DNA of 64,000 nt, taken from contig CAZLEX010000004.1 in the NCBI GenBank assembly GCA_964558655.1, positions 6,796-70,795 on the forward strand, in the 5' to 3' direction. Under the pieces are notes generated by a model, which was given only the letters and a program-made list of their open reading frames with translations, was not told the origin of the DNA and did not search any database. Source of the stretch: an uncultured Oscillospiraceae bacterium. GTDB lineage: Bacteria > Bacillota > Clostridia > Oscillospirales > SIG627. How positions within the stretch are numbered: the stretch's first letter is position 1; every line of letters starts with the position of its first letter. Made by a program: the position numbers and the translations under genes. Positions 55,835-64,000 of the stretch are shown piece after piece.

Positions 55835-57826
55835 TCATATTTTATCTTTATATTTTTCCGCCAATTGCATAGCGGATTTCAACAGTGTAATATTTCCTGC
55901 CGATTTTGCAAAAGAAAACGGCATATCTCCATGCTGACGATTCCCGAAAAAATCGCCCGGTCCTCTCTTTTCAAGGTCATATTCGGCAATTTCAAACCCG
56001 TCTTTTGAACGGCACATAAACGAAAGGCGTTCAAGAGCATCACGGCTTTTCGACGGAGTTATCAATATACAATGACTTTGAGCATTGCCTCTTCCGACTC
56101 TTCCGCGAAGCTGATGAAGCTGTGCCAATCCGAACCGCTCGGCGTTTTCAATCGCTATAACCGTTGCATTGGGAACATCAATTCCGACTTCTATTACCGT
56201 AGTAGCAACGAGTAAATCGATATCGTGTCCGGCAAACGCTTCCATAATTTCTCTTTTTTCGTCACTTTTCATTTTTCCGTGAATAAGCCCCACACGGTAA
56301 TCCGACAGTTTTTTTGAAAGCGTTTCGTAAACCTGCTGTGCACTTAACAAATCCGGAAACAGTTCATCGTCGTCCTCTACCAACGGGCATATTACATAAC
56401 CCTGATATCCGAGAGACAGCTGTTTCCCGATAAAAGAGTACAGTCTGTCTTTTTTTGACGGAGGTATGAGAAATGTTTCTATGCTCATACGCCCCTTTGG
56501 GACCTCATCTATTACGGATATATCAAGTCCCGCATAAAGAAACATGGCAAGTGTACGCGGGATCGGAGTTGCCGACATTACGAGAGAATTCGGAGCTTCG
56601 GCCATTGACAAAAGTTTTTCTCTTTGAGCCACTCCGAAACGGTGCTGTTCGTCCGTAATTACAAGCCGTATATTTTTTGCGTTTATCCCGCTTTCAAACA
56701 GTGCGTGAGTGCCGACGAGAATCAAAGGCATATCCGACAGAAGTTTTTTTTCAAGGACTTTTCTTTCCACAGCCGTTGTTGAACCGGTAAGCAAAAGCAC
56801 GGGTATTTCATGCTTTGCCATAATTTTCGAAAGACTTTCGAAATGCTGCCGTGCTAAAATTTCCGTAGGAGCCATTATTACGGATTTCGCATGATTTTTC
56901 GCCGTCATGTACATTGCCGCAGCGGCAACCACCGTTTTCCCGGAACCTACATCTCCCTGAACAAGACGCTTCATGGCACGACACCGTTTCGCTCCTCCGC
57001 CCGTCAAATCGTTTTCTATTTCGTTTATAGCTCTTTTTTGAGCTTCGGTAAGAGTAAACGGAAGTGAATTGCAGAACACAGTGAGATCCGTTTTTTCAAA
57101 TGAATCCACTATTTGCATATTCTCCCGTTTTATCAGCTTGAGAGACGCAAGTGCAAAGTTAAAAAGTTCTTCAAAAGCGAAACGCTCGGAAGCTTTTTTC
57201 GCTTCACCGAGACTAATCGGTCGGTGAATTGCAAAGAAAGCCGACTTTATATCGTAAAACCCTTCATTTTCGAGAATATCGCAGGGCAAAGTTTCCGCAA
57301 GCTCTTCCGAAATCAGAGAATCCAAACAAGTGCCGATAAGTTTTGCAATCTTTTTTCCCGTAACCGTTCCGTGATTTGAATATATGGGAACACATTCGGA
57401 AAAAGTGTCCGCCGGTTTTTCAAATGACGGCGAAAACATATAATATCCGCCGGAACTTTTGGAAATTCTGCCGAAAAAGAGCCAGTCCTCTCCGACATGA
57501 AAAGTTGAAATAAGATACGGCTGATTGAAAAAAACAATGTTGATAAGAGGAGATTCCTCCGAAAGCCTTGCCGAAAATCTTACAATCCTCCGTTTGCTTT
57601 GCGTATAAGAAATCTTGGGAGCACTTTTTATACGCAGTATGAATGCGTTTTTCTGTTCCGCCGTGATTCCGTCCAAAGAATAGCGTGGCGTGTGGTTTTC
57701 ATATATTCGCGGGAAGCGGTAAAGCAAATCATAAAAAGAACATATACCGACATTTTCAAGTGCCTGAGCGGTTTTCGGACCTACGCCCGAAAGCTTTCTT
57801 ATGCTTATTTCTTTTGTGTTTATCAT
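55835..57826 (-). CDS. recG: ATP-dependent DNA helicase RecG
   Basis: Wedge/OB N-terminus, GDVGSGKT, DEQHRFG and QLHQLRGRVGRG. Confidence 0.95.
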   Translation of the reverse strand: MINTKEISIRKLSGVGPKTAQALENVGICSFYDLLYRFPRIYENHTPRYSLDGITAEQKNAFILRIKSAPKISYTQSKRRIVRFSARLSEESPLINIVFFNQPYLISTFHVGEDWLFFGRISKSSGGYYMFSPSFEKPADTFSECVPIYSNHGTVTGKKIAKLIGTCLDSLISEELAETLPCDILENEGFYDIKSAFFAIHRPISLGEAKKASERFAFEELFNFALASLKLIKRENMQIVDSFEKTDLTVFCNSLPFTLTEAQKRAINEIENDLTGGGAKRCRAMKRLVQGDVGSGKTVVAAAAMYMTAKNHAKSVIMAPTEILARQHFESLSKIMAKHEIPVLLLTGSTTAVERKVLEKKLLSDMPLILVGTHALFESGINAKNIRLVITDEQHRFGVAQREKLLSMAEAPNSLVMSATPIPRTLAMFLYAGLDISVIDEVPKGRMSIETFLIPPSKKDRLYSFIGKQLSLGYQGYVICPLVEDDDELFPDLLSAQQVYETLSKKLSDYRVGLIHGKMKSDEKREIMEAFAGHDIDLLVATTVIEVGIDVPNATVIAIENAERFGLAQLHQLRGRVGRGNAQSHCILITPSKSRDALERLSFMCRSKDGFEIAEYDLEKRGPGDFFGNRQHGDMPFSFAKSAGNITLLKSAMQLAEKYKDKI

Positions 57827-58353
57827 TTCTTAAACGAATTGATTATTTCCTCGACACTGCCATTGCTTTCGGTGATAATAAACCAAACAAGGTTACCTTC
57901 TTTGCCGAAAACGGCATTTTTTGCTATATCGGTATCTTTTTGAGAGTAAAGCTCATAAGTCTGTATCAAATTGCTCTGTCTCGTTTCAAACGCTTTACTC
58001 AGGGCATTTGCACTTTCTTCGGATTCTGTTAGAAAAATTCCGACCTCACACAAATCAACAGTTGAAGATGTGAGAAAAACATATGAATCAATTCCGCTGA
58101 GAATATCGGAATTTGAAAAATAATACTCGGAATAAAAACCGTCAAGTTCTTTATGTCCGTCTTCCGACGGATTGGTGCAAAACACAGTCGTATTTTCAAA
58201 CATAGGCAATTCAAGCAACTTTTCGCACATATCGGAAATATTTTCGTTCGTGTAGGAATAAGAAGCATCTTTGCCGGCGTGCGAATCGGGATCTTTTTCG
58301 CATGATGTGCAAAGCAAAAGTACGAACAGAAAAATAAGTAAAATCTTCTTCAT
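57823..58353 (-). CDS. DUF4358-like putative lipoprotein
   Basis: Signal peptide MKKILLIFLFVLLLCTSC. The C-terminal pattern is CEVGIFL...AFETRQ...AKNAVFGKEGNLVWFIIT. It overlaps recG by 4 nt. Confidence 0.6.
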   Translation of the reverse strand: MKKILLIFLFVLLLCTSCEKDPDSHAGKDASYSYTNENISDMCEKLLELPMFENTTVFCTNPSEDGHKELDGFYSEYYFSNSDILSGIDSYVFLTSSTVDLCEVGIFLTESEESANALSKAFETRQSNLIQTYELYSQKDTDIAKNAVFGKEGNLVWFIITESNGSVEEIINSFKK

Positions 58354-58498
58354 GATTACAACCTTTCAAAAACAAAGTATTGCATTTAATGCATAAGCCT
58401 TACGGTTTGACAAAAATATTTAAAACCTCGTTATATAATATTTTGTCACACGGCTACGAGTCTATTATACCTTTTCGGCACTAAAAATGCAATAGACC

Positions 58499-58527
58499 TT
58501 GAAAAAAATTTTCTTATGTGTTAAAAT
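58499..58527 (+). promoter_or_regulatory. promoter TTGAAA-17-TGtTAAAAT for the MFS gene
   Basis: Hexamers at 58499-58504 and 58522-58527. Confidence 0.55.
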
Positions 58528-58557
58528 ATAACGACACATATAAGGAGAAAAACAAAT

Positions 58558-59826
58558 ATGAGCGAAAAAATCTTAAAAGATGATAAAAAACTCTTGAAAA
58601 AAATGAGTCGGTTTTGCTTGCTGTGCTGCTTTGTTTATTTTTCAAGTTATATAACGCGTAAAAGTTACAACGCTTCCATAAAAGCGATAATAGACGATGC
58701 TTCACTCGGGTTCAATTCTGTTGATACGGGACTTGCGGTAACGGGAAGTTTTATTACATACGGAATAGGTCAAATCATAAACGGATTTCTCGGAGACAAA
58801 ATCCGTGCCAGAAAAATGATAACAATAGGTCTCATCGGTGCTTCTCTCTGCAATATAATAATTCCTTTTTGGCTTTCTCCTGCCGGATTTTGCATACTTT
58901 GGAGCTTTAACGGTTTTTTTCAGTCTATGATATGGCCGCCTCTCGTCAGAAGTATGAGCGAAAATTTTACGCTTGAATTTTACAAAAAAGGATCAACTCT
59001 CGTAAGTGTCGCCTGCAGTATCGCAACTATCGCCATATACCTTCTGGTTGCGTTTTTTGTTGAATTTTTTAAATGGCAATACACTTTTTATTTTTGTGCC
59101 GCAATCGGTATCTTAAGTGCTGTTATGTGGTATACGGTTTACGAAAAATATGAAAATCACCCGATTGTCGACAGACATGAAGACTCATCTTCGCCCAATA
59201 GCGAACCCACCGTCGAAAAACTTCCGTTTTTAAAAGTAGTTATGATTTCAAGTGCTGTTCCGATAGCTTTGGCTGTCGCTTTTCAGGGATTTCTGCGTGA
59301 CGGAATAGAAACCTGGATGTCGACTTTTCTCGCCGACAATTACAATATAAACACATCGGGAGCAATTCTCACCGTTGCCATTCTTCCCGTTTTAAGCATA
59401 TTAAGCTACAGCGTCGGATCTTACTTCCAAAGGAAGACAGGCTGCCCTCTGACCTCGTCTCTTATAATTTGGGGATTTTCCATAGTCTTTTCAGCGATTC
59501 TGTTATTGTTTTATCAGTCCAGTGCCGTTATCGGAGTTGTCGGAATTGCCGTGCTTTCCGGAGCTTCTCATGCAATAAATTTAATGCTTACCAGCCGTGT
59601 CGGCATATATTACAAAAAGGTCGGATATGTCTCCACTTTTTCCGGGCTTTTAAACTCTTTCACCTATATCGGTGCAGCACTTGCAACTTACGGTATTGCC
59701 GAAATCACATCCGAACAACCTGTGAACTGGAGACCGGTAATGTTTATATTTCTGATAGTTTCCGTGTGCGGATTTATACTAAACATCATCGCCCTCCCAC
59801 GCTGGAAAAAATTCATGAAAGATTAA
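58558..59826 (+). CDS. MFS transporter (organophosphate:Pi antiporter-like N-terminus)
   Basis: 12 TM helices. YITRKSYNASIKAII...GSFITYGIGQIINGFLGDKIRARK resembles the GlpT/UhpT-type subfamily. Confidence 0.8.
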   Translation: MSEKILKDDKKLLKKMSRFCLLCCFVYFSSYITRKSYNASIKAIIDDASLGFNSVDTGLAVTGSFITYGIGQIINGFLGDKIRARKMITIGLIGASLCNIIIPFWLSPAGFCILWSFNGFFQSMIWPPLVRSMSENFTLEFYKKGSTLVSVACSIATIAIYLLVAFFVEFFKWQYTFYFCAAIGILSAVMWYTVYEKYENHPIVDRHEDSSSPNSEPTVEKLPFLKVVMISSAVPIALAVAFQGFLRDGIETWMSTFLADNYNINTSGAILTVAILPVLSILSYSVGSYFQRKTGCPLTSSLIIWGFSIVFSAILLLFYQSSAVIGVVGIAVLSGASHAINLMLTSRVGIYYKKVGYVSTFSGLLNSFTYIGAALATYGIAEITSEQPVNWRPVMFIFLIVSVCGFILNIIALPRWKKFMKD

Positions 59827-59932
59827 ACTGTGCAGAAACTTTTTCAAATTCTCTGCGAATATTTCGATTTAACATATACAGTGCGTTAATTTGAACAAAA
59901 GTGATAAAAAAGCAACGGCAATTTATTTTTTC

Positions 59933-59961
59933 TTGACAATAACGGATAAATGTATTAAAAT
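59933..59961 (+). promoter_or_regulatory. promoter TTGACA-17-TAAAAT for the glycan/phosphonate genes
   Basis: Hexamers at 59933-59938 and 59956-59961. Confidence 0.55.
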
Positions 59962-60021
59962 TGTAACAGATGTTAAAATATTGTTAATGGCAAAAATTAA
60001 TGCTGTAAAGAAGGATTAGGT

Positions 60022-61932
60022 ATGATAAAGAAAAAAAGTGAAGTTGAACATTTTGCATCTCCGGTTTTGCTGTTTTTTGCCGATTTGATTATAATAAATG
60101 TTTTTTGGCTTTTAATAGCTTTGCTTGAGAAAAATTTTGATTTTTCGTTTTTTTCGTCTTGGAAAGTGTTGCTGATATTGCCCATGAGCTGTGTAATTTT
60201 CGGAACCGTATTTTTTGCGGGGCGTGTTTTTCGCATAGCATGGAGCTTTTCTTCGATGAACGATTTCTTTCGCCTTGCTTTTTTTGCGGCATTTTCTCTC
60301 GCTCTTTCGCACATTTCCTGTATCGTGCTCAAATGCGGCGTCGTACTCACAAATGTCGGATATATTCTTCATTTTCTCTGCGTGATTGTCGGAATTTGCA
60401 TGGTCAGAATATCGGTGCGTCATTATGCGTCGAAGATTCGTGCGGAACACCGTCTTGAAATGCTCAAGGACTCGCAAGACGGAATTTACGATTTCGGCAA
60501 AACTCTTATAGTCGGTGCCGGAGGCGGAGCACAGAGACTTTTGCGTGAAATACGCAAAGAAGCCTTTTTCGAAAAATGCGATCCCGTTTGTGCCGTTGAC
60601 GACAACGAAGCCAAAAAAGGCTTTTTCTTAGCAGGTATTCCCGTTGAAGGAAATATATCGGAAATACCTTTTCTTTGCAAAAAATATGATGTAAAAACAA
60701 TATTTCTGGCAATTCCGTCGCTTTCCGAAGACCGTCGCCGCGAAATTCTTTCTCTTTGCATAGATACCGGAGCAAAGCTTCATACGCTTCCGACACTTGA
60801 AGAAATTATGACAAAGGGCGAATCTCCGCTTCTTGTGCAAAAAGTAAAGATTGAGGACCTTTTGGGACGGGAAGCTGTAAAAATGGATTTGGAAAAAGTC
60901 ATGAGTTATGTCGAAAACAAGACTGTCCTCGTGACCGGTGCGGGCGGTTCGATAGGCTCGGAACTTTGCCGTCAGCTTGCCGCACATTCTCCGAAAAAGC
61001 TTATAATGTTCGATATATACGAAAACAGTACATATGATGTTTTAAACGAAATAATCCGTCATTATCCGGAACTTGACATTGAAGCCTTGATAGGTTCCGT
61101 AAGGGATTATGACAGACTTGAACAAATATTTAAGTCCCGTCGTCCTGACATTGTCTACCACGCCGCCGCACATAAACATGTACCTCTTATGGAAACAAGT
61201 CCGAACGAGGCATTGAAAAACAATGTTTTCGGAACGCTGAATACGGTGCGTGCAGCCGACAGTGCGGGTGTCGGACGGTTCGTTATGATTTCCACGGACA
61301 AAGCGGTTAATCCGACCAATGTCATGGGTGCCACAAAGCGTATGTGCGAGATGATAGTACAGGCATGGAACAGAAAGAGCAAAACCGAATATGTCGCCGT
61401 AAGGTTCGGAAATGTTTTGGGTTCAAACGGAAGTGTCATTCCTCTTTTCGAAAAACAAATCTCCGAAGGCGGACCTGTTACCGTTACACACCCCGACATA
61501 ATTCGGTATTTTATGACCATTCCCGAAGCGGTTTCGCTTGTTTTGGAAGCAGGTGCCGAAGCGTCCGGCGGAGAGATATTTGTACTTGACATGGGCGAAC
61601 CCGTCAAAATTGACACTTTGGCGAGAAATATGATAAAATTATCCGGGTTTGAACCCGACAAAGACATAAAAATAGTTTATACGGGACTTCGTTCGGGAGA
61701 AAAACTCTATGAGGAACTTTTAATGGACGAGGAAGGACTTCGTTCCACACAAAACAAGCTTATTCATATTGCACACCCGATAGAATTTGATGAAGATTAT
61801 TTCTTCTCACGCCTTGAAGAACTTGAAAAGTGTGTATGGGACGATTCTTTGCCTGTAAGAAAAATCATTTCCGAGCTTGTGCCTACTTTCATCACTCCGG
61901 AAGAGGCAAATTCCGGAAAAATTCATCAATAA
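60022..61932 (+). CDS. membrane-bound nucleotide-sugar 4,6-dehydratase (CapD/PglF/WbpM family)
   Basis: 4 N-terminal TM helices, then two Rossmann regions (VGAGGGAQ, VTGAGGSIGSEL) and YHAAAHKHVP. Confidence 0.88.
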   Translation: MIKKKSEVEHFASPVLLFFADLIIINVFWLLIALLEKNFDFSFFSSWKVLLILPMSCVIFGTVFFAGRVFRIAWSFSSMNDFFRLAFFAAFSLALSHISCIVLKCGVVLTNVGYILHFLCVIVGICMVRISVRHYASKIRAEHRLEMLKDSQDGIYDFGKTLIVGAGGGAQRLLREIRKEAFFEKCDPVCAVDDNEAKKGFFLAGIPVEGNISEIPFLCKKYDVKTIFLAIPSLSEDRRREILSLCIDTGAKLHTLPTLEEIMTKGESPLLVQKVKIEDLLGREAVKMDLEKVMSYVENKTVLVTGAGGSIGSELCRQLAAHSPKKLIMFDIYENSTYDVLNEIIRHYPELDIEALIGSVRDYDRLEQIFKSRRPDIVYHAAAHKHVPLMETSPNEALKNNVFGTLNTVRAADSAGVGRFVMISTDKAVNPTNVMGATKRMCEMIVQAWNRKSKTEYVAVRFGNVLGSNGSVIPLFEKQISEGGPVTVTHPDIIRYFMTIPEAVSLVLEAGAEASGGEIFVLDMGEPVKIDTLARNMIKLSGFEPDKDIKIVYTGLRSGEKLYEELLMDEEGLRSTQNKLIHIAHPIEFDEDYFFSRLEELEKCVWDDSLPVRKIISELVPTFITPEEANSGKIHQ

Positions 61933-61944
61933 AGAGGGAAAAAT

Positions 61945-63066
61945 ATGCTTGCGGAAAATTTTGTAAAAATTCTGAACAGCGATTTATATGTCGGCGTTCC
62001 CGATTCTCAGCTTCATGCCCTTTGCGATTATCTTTACGGTAAGTATAAAACAGGAGAAAATCACATAATTGCGGCTAATGAGGGAAATGCCGTTGCCATA
62101 GCAGCAGGGCATTGGCTTGCAACAGGACACCCAGCTGTTGTATATATGCAAAACAGCGGAATAGGCAATGCCGTAAATCCCGTAACCTCTTTGCTAAACG
62201 AAAAAGTTTACGCCATACCGTGCATTTTTGTAATAGGTTGGCGTGGAGAACCGGGAATTAAAGATGAGCCGCAGCACATATTTCAGGGAGAAAAAACTCT
62301 TGATATGCTTAAAACTCTCGGCATTGAATATTTTGTTCTCGATTCGGAAAGCGAAGAGCATTTCCCCGAATGGTTCTTTGAAAAAAAGAAATTGCTGGAA
62401 AACGGATCGAGTATAGCGATCGTTGTAAGACGCACAGGTCTGTCAAATCCGGAAAAAGTCGAATACGGCAATGCAAACAGCGATATGATGACTCGCGAAG
62501 AAATAATAGAACACATTGTTTGTGCGGCAGGAGACAGTGTAATTGTTTCCACAACGGGCAAAGCTTCACGCGAACTTTTTGAAATCAGAGTACGCCGTAA
62601 TGAGAGTCACTCGAAAGATTTTCTCACCGTCGGTTCCATGGGGCATGCATCATCCATTGCTTTGGGAATTGCACTTGAAAAAAAGAGCCGTGTTTTCTGT
62701 ATTGACGGAGACGGTGCACTTCTTATGCACATGGGATCCCTTGCACTTCCCGCAACGCTCAAAGTAAACAACCTCGTTCATATTGTAATAAACAATGCCT
62801 GTCATGATACGGTAGGCGGTATGCCCACGGTTGCGGGACAGATTGATCTTGTGGCGATTGCGAAAGCCTGCGGATATAAAAATGCCGTCAGAGTTTTTGA
62901 CGCCGAAAGTCTTGATAAGGCTCTGTCATCTGCGGCAGAAAGCGAACAACTGTCTTTTATAGAAGTTCTTTCAAAGCCCGGTGCTCGCGGCGATTTGGGC
63001 AGACCTACTACAAGTGCAAAAGAAAATCGGGATAGCTTTAAGAGTTATCTCAACAAAATTGATTAG
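61945..63066 (+). CDS. aepY: phosphonopyruvate decarboxylase (TPP-dependent)
   Basis: VGVPDSQLHALCDY, AANEGNAVAIAAGHWLATG, VYMQNSGIGNAVNP and the TPP motif GDGALLMH...NN. The 373-aa length is typical. Confidence 0.82.
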   Translation: MLAENFVKILNSDLYVGVPDSQLHALCDYLYGKYKTGENHIIAANEGNAVAIAAGHWLATGHPAVVYMQNSGIGNAVNPVTSLLNEKVYAIPCIFVIGWRGEPGIKDEPQHIFQGEKTLDMLKTLGIEYFVLDSESEEHFPEWFFEKKKLLENGSSIAIVVRRTGLSNPEKVEYGNANSDMMTREEIIEHIVCAAGDSVIVSTTGKASRELFEIRVRRNESHSKDFLTVGSMGHASSIALGIALEKKSRVFCIDGDGALLMHMGSLALPATLKVNNLVHIVINNACHDTVGGMPTVAGQIDLVAIAKACGYKNAVRVFDAESLDKALSSAAESEQLSFIEVLSKPGARGDLGRPTTSAKENRDSFKSYLNKID

Positions 63067-63081
63067 AGGTGACATACAAAG

Positions 63082-64000
63082 ATGAAAGCTTTGATTCTTA
63101 ATTCCGGTATGGGACGCAGAATGGGTGTCCTTACAAGTGAACATCCTAAATGTATGACGGAAGTATCCAACAGTGATACCATTCTCAGCCGCCAGCTTAA
63201 AATGATAAAAGAAGCGGGAATTGAAGATGTGGTTATGACAACCGGTCTTTTTGACAATGTTCTCGTAAATTACTGTAATTCTCTTGATCTGGGACTTAAT
63301 TATACTTTTGTGAAAAATCCCATCTACGACAAGACCAACTATATATATTCAATGTACTGTGCAAAAGAATATCTGAAAGATGACGATATTCTTCTTATGC
63401 ACGGGGACCTTGTTTTTGAAAATGCAGTACTTGACAGTGTCCTTGACAGCTCAAAAAGCTGTATGACCGTCAGCACGACCGTTCCCCTTCCCGAAAAAGA
63501 TTTTAAAGCGGTGCTTTCAAACGGAAAAATAGAAAAAGTCGGAATTGAATTTTTCAACAGTGCCGTTGCCGCTCAGCCTCTTTATAAAATCCTTAAAGAA
63601 GACTTTGCGGTATGGCTTAATAAAATATGCGAATTTTGCGAAAACGACAATGCTAAATGCTACGCCGAAAACGCTTTTAACGAGGTGTCCGACGCTTGCC
63701 TTATTTATCCTTTGGATATTAAAAACCTTCTTTGTAATGAGATAGATACACCCGACGACCTCGCACTTATAAGTGCGAGAGTTCATCAAGTTGAAAACCG
63801 CAGGGTATATATGTGCTTTTCTACGGATATAATCCATAGCGGGCATATTGCGATAATAAAAAAAGCTTCAAGACTCGGCCGTCTTACAATAGGCGTTTTG
63901 TCCGATGAAGCCGTTTCTTCTTACAAGAGATTCCCGCTTTTACCGCTGTCCGAACGCAAAACACTTTTTGAAAATATAGTGGGTGTCAGTAAAGTAATAG
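63082..64000 (+). CDS. multidomain phosphonate-activation protein: LicC/PntC-like nucleotidyltransferase fused to an HxGH cytidylyltransferase-like domain (3' end outside the window)
   Basis: Absent from the ORF track because it is open at the window edge. I translated it by hand from the ATG at 63082 (RBS AGAGGTG) with no stop through 64000. It begins MKALILNSGMGRRMG (NTP-transferase G-loop). From about aa 238 it reads VYMCFSTDIIHSGHIAIIKKASRLG...SYKR (HxGH). Confidence 0.75.
   Translation, partial: MKALILNSGMGRRMGVLTSEHPKCMTEVSNSDTILSRQLKMIKEAGIEDVVMTTGLFDNVLVNYCNSLDLGLNYTFVKNPIYDKTNYIYSMYCAKEYLKDDDILLMHGDLVFENAVLDSVLDSSKSCMTVSTTVPLPEKDFKAVLSNGKIEKVGIEFFNSAVAAQPLYKILKEDFAVWLNKICEFCENDNAKCYAENAFNEVSDACLIYPLDIKNLLCNEIDTPDDLALISARVHQVENRRVYMCFSTDIIHSGHIAIIKKASRLGRLTIGVLSDEAVSSYKRFPLLPLSERKTLFENIVGVSKVI

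Noticed and set aside
58381-58393. Palindrome TGCATttaATGCA just upstream of the DUF4358 gene.
   Set aside because: It is short and AT-rich, occurs only once, and has no supporting promoter geometry. It is not enough to call an operator.
1-64000. I searched for mobile elements, prophage genes, defence systems, tRNA or rRNA genes and CRISPR arrays.
   Set aside because: I recognised no transposase, integrase, restriction-modification, Cas, reverse transcriptase or toxin domains in any frame. No non-coding stretch exceeds about 430 nt. No cloverleaf-like or rRNA-like sequence was seen.

Overview
The window is a dense chromosomal segment of a low-GC Firmicute that looks like Clostridia. I count about 57 CDS. 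I saw no rRNA, tRNA, CRISPR array, IS element or prophage genes. Most genes are recognisable housekeeping genes: mfd, pnp-rpsO, htpG, a DUF512-der-plsY-ispE string, rpmF with a DUF177 gene, fba, ruvCAB, rnj, darA-holB-ricT, a ferredoxin, lepA-hemW and recG. Cis-elements I can read directly include a TPP riboswitch with a terminator in front of thiT, a CIRCE (HrcA) operator in front of htpG, a long hairpin in the pnp leader, many near-consensus TTGACA-17-TATAAT promoters (often with an extended -10), and many intrinsic terminators. The accessory or poorly understood parts are listed below. (1) Three tandem PrsA/parvulin-like lipoprotein paralogues lie next to mfd. (2) A TetR-guarded ABC exporter has two ATPase genes and one permease with a very large extracytoplasmic domain. 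(3) A clostridial abrB-type gene is preceded by about 255 nt of structured untranslated RNA driven by a perfect extended -10 promoter. (4) A GH127 / AraC / clan GH-A hydrolase cluster has an AraC reading frame that appears frameshifted. (5) An isolated protein of 161 aa is about 14 percent cysteine. (6) My top candidate for an undescribed system is on the minus strand at 46457-54774. It combines a PhoR/PhoB-type two-component system, two paralogous surface-anchored proteins of about 526 aa with no fold I recognise, and an ABC-2 exporter. (7) A DUF4430 lipoprotein plus an ECF S-component pair is wedged directly behind recG. (8) A phosphonate (2-aminoethylphosphonate type) glycan-decoration locus starts at the right edge of the window. 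All functional calls rest on motif and family recognition by eye. No database search was run.
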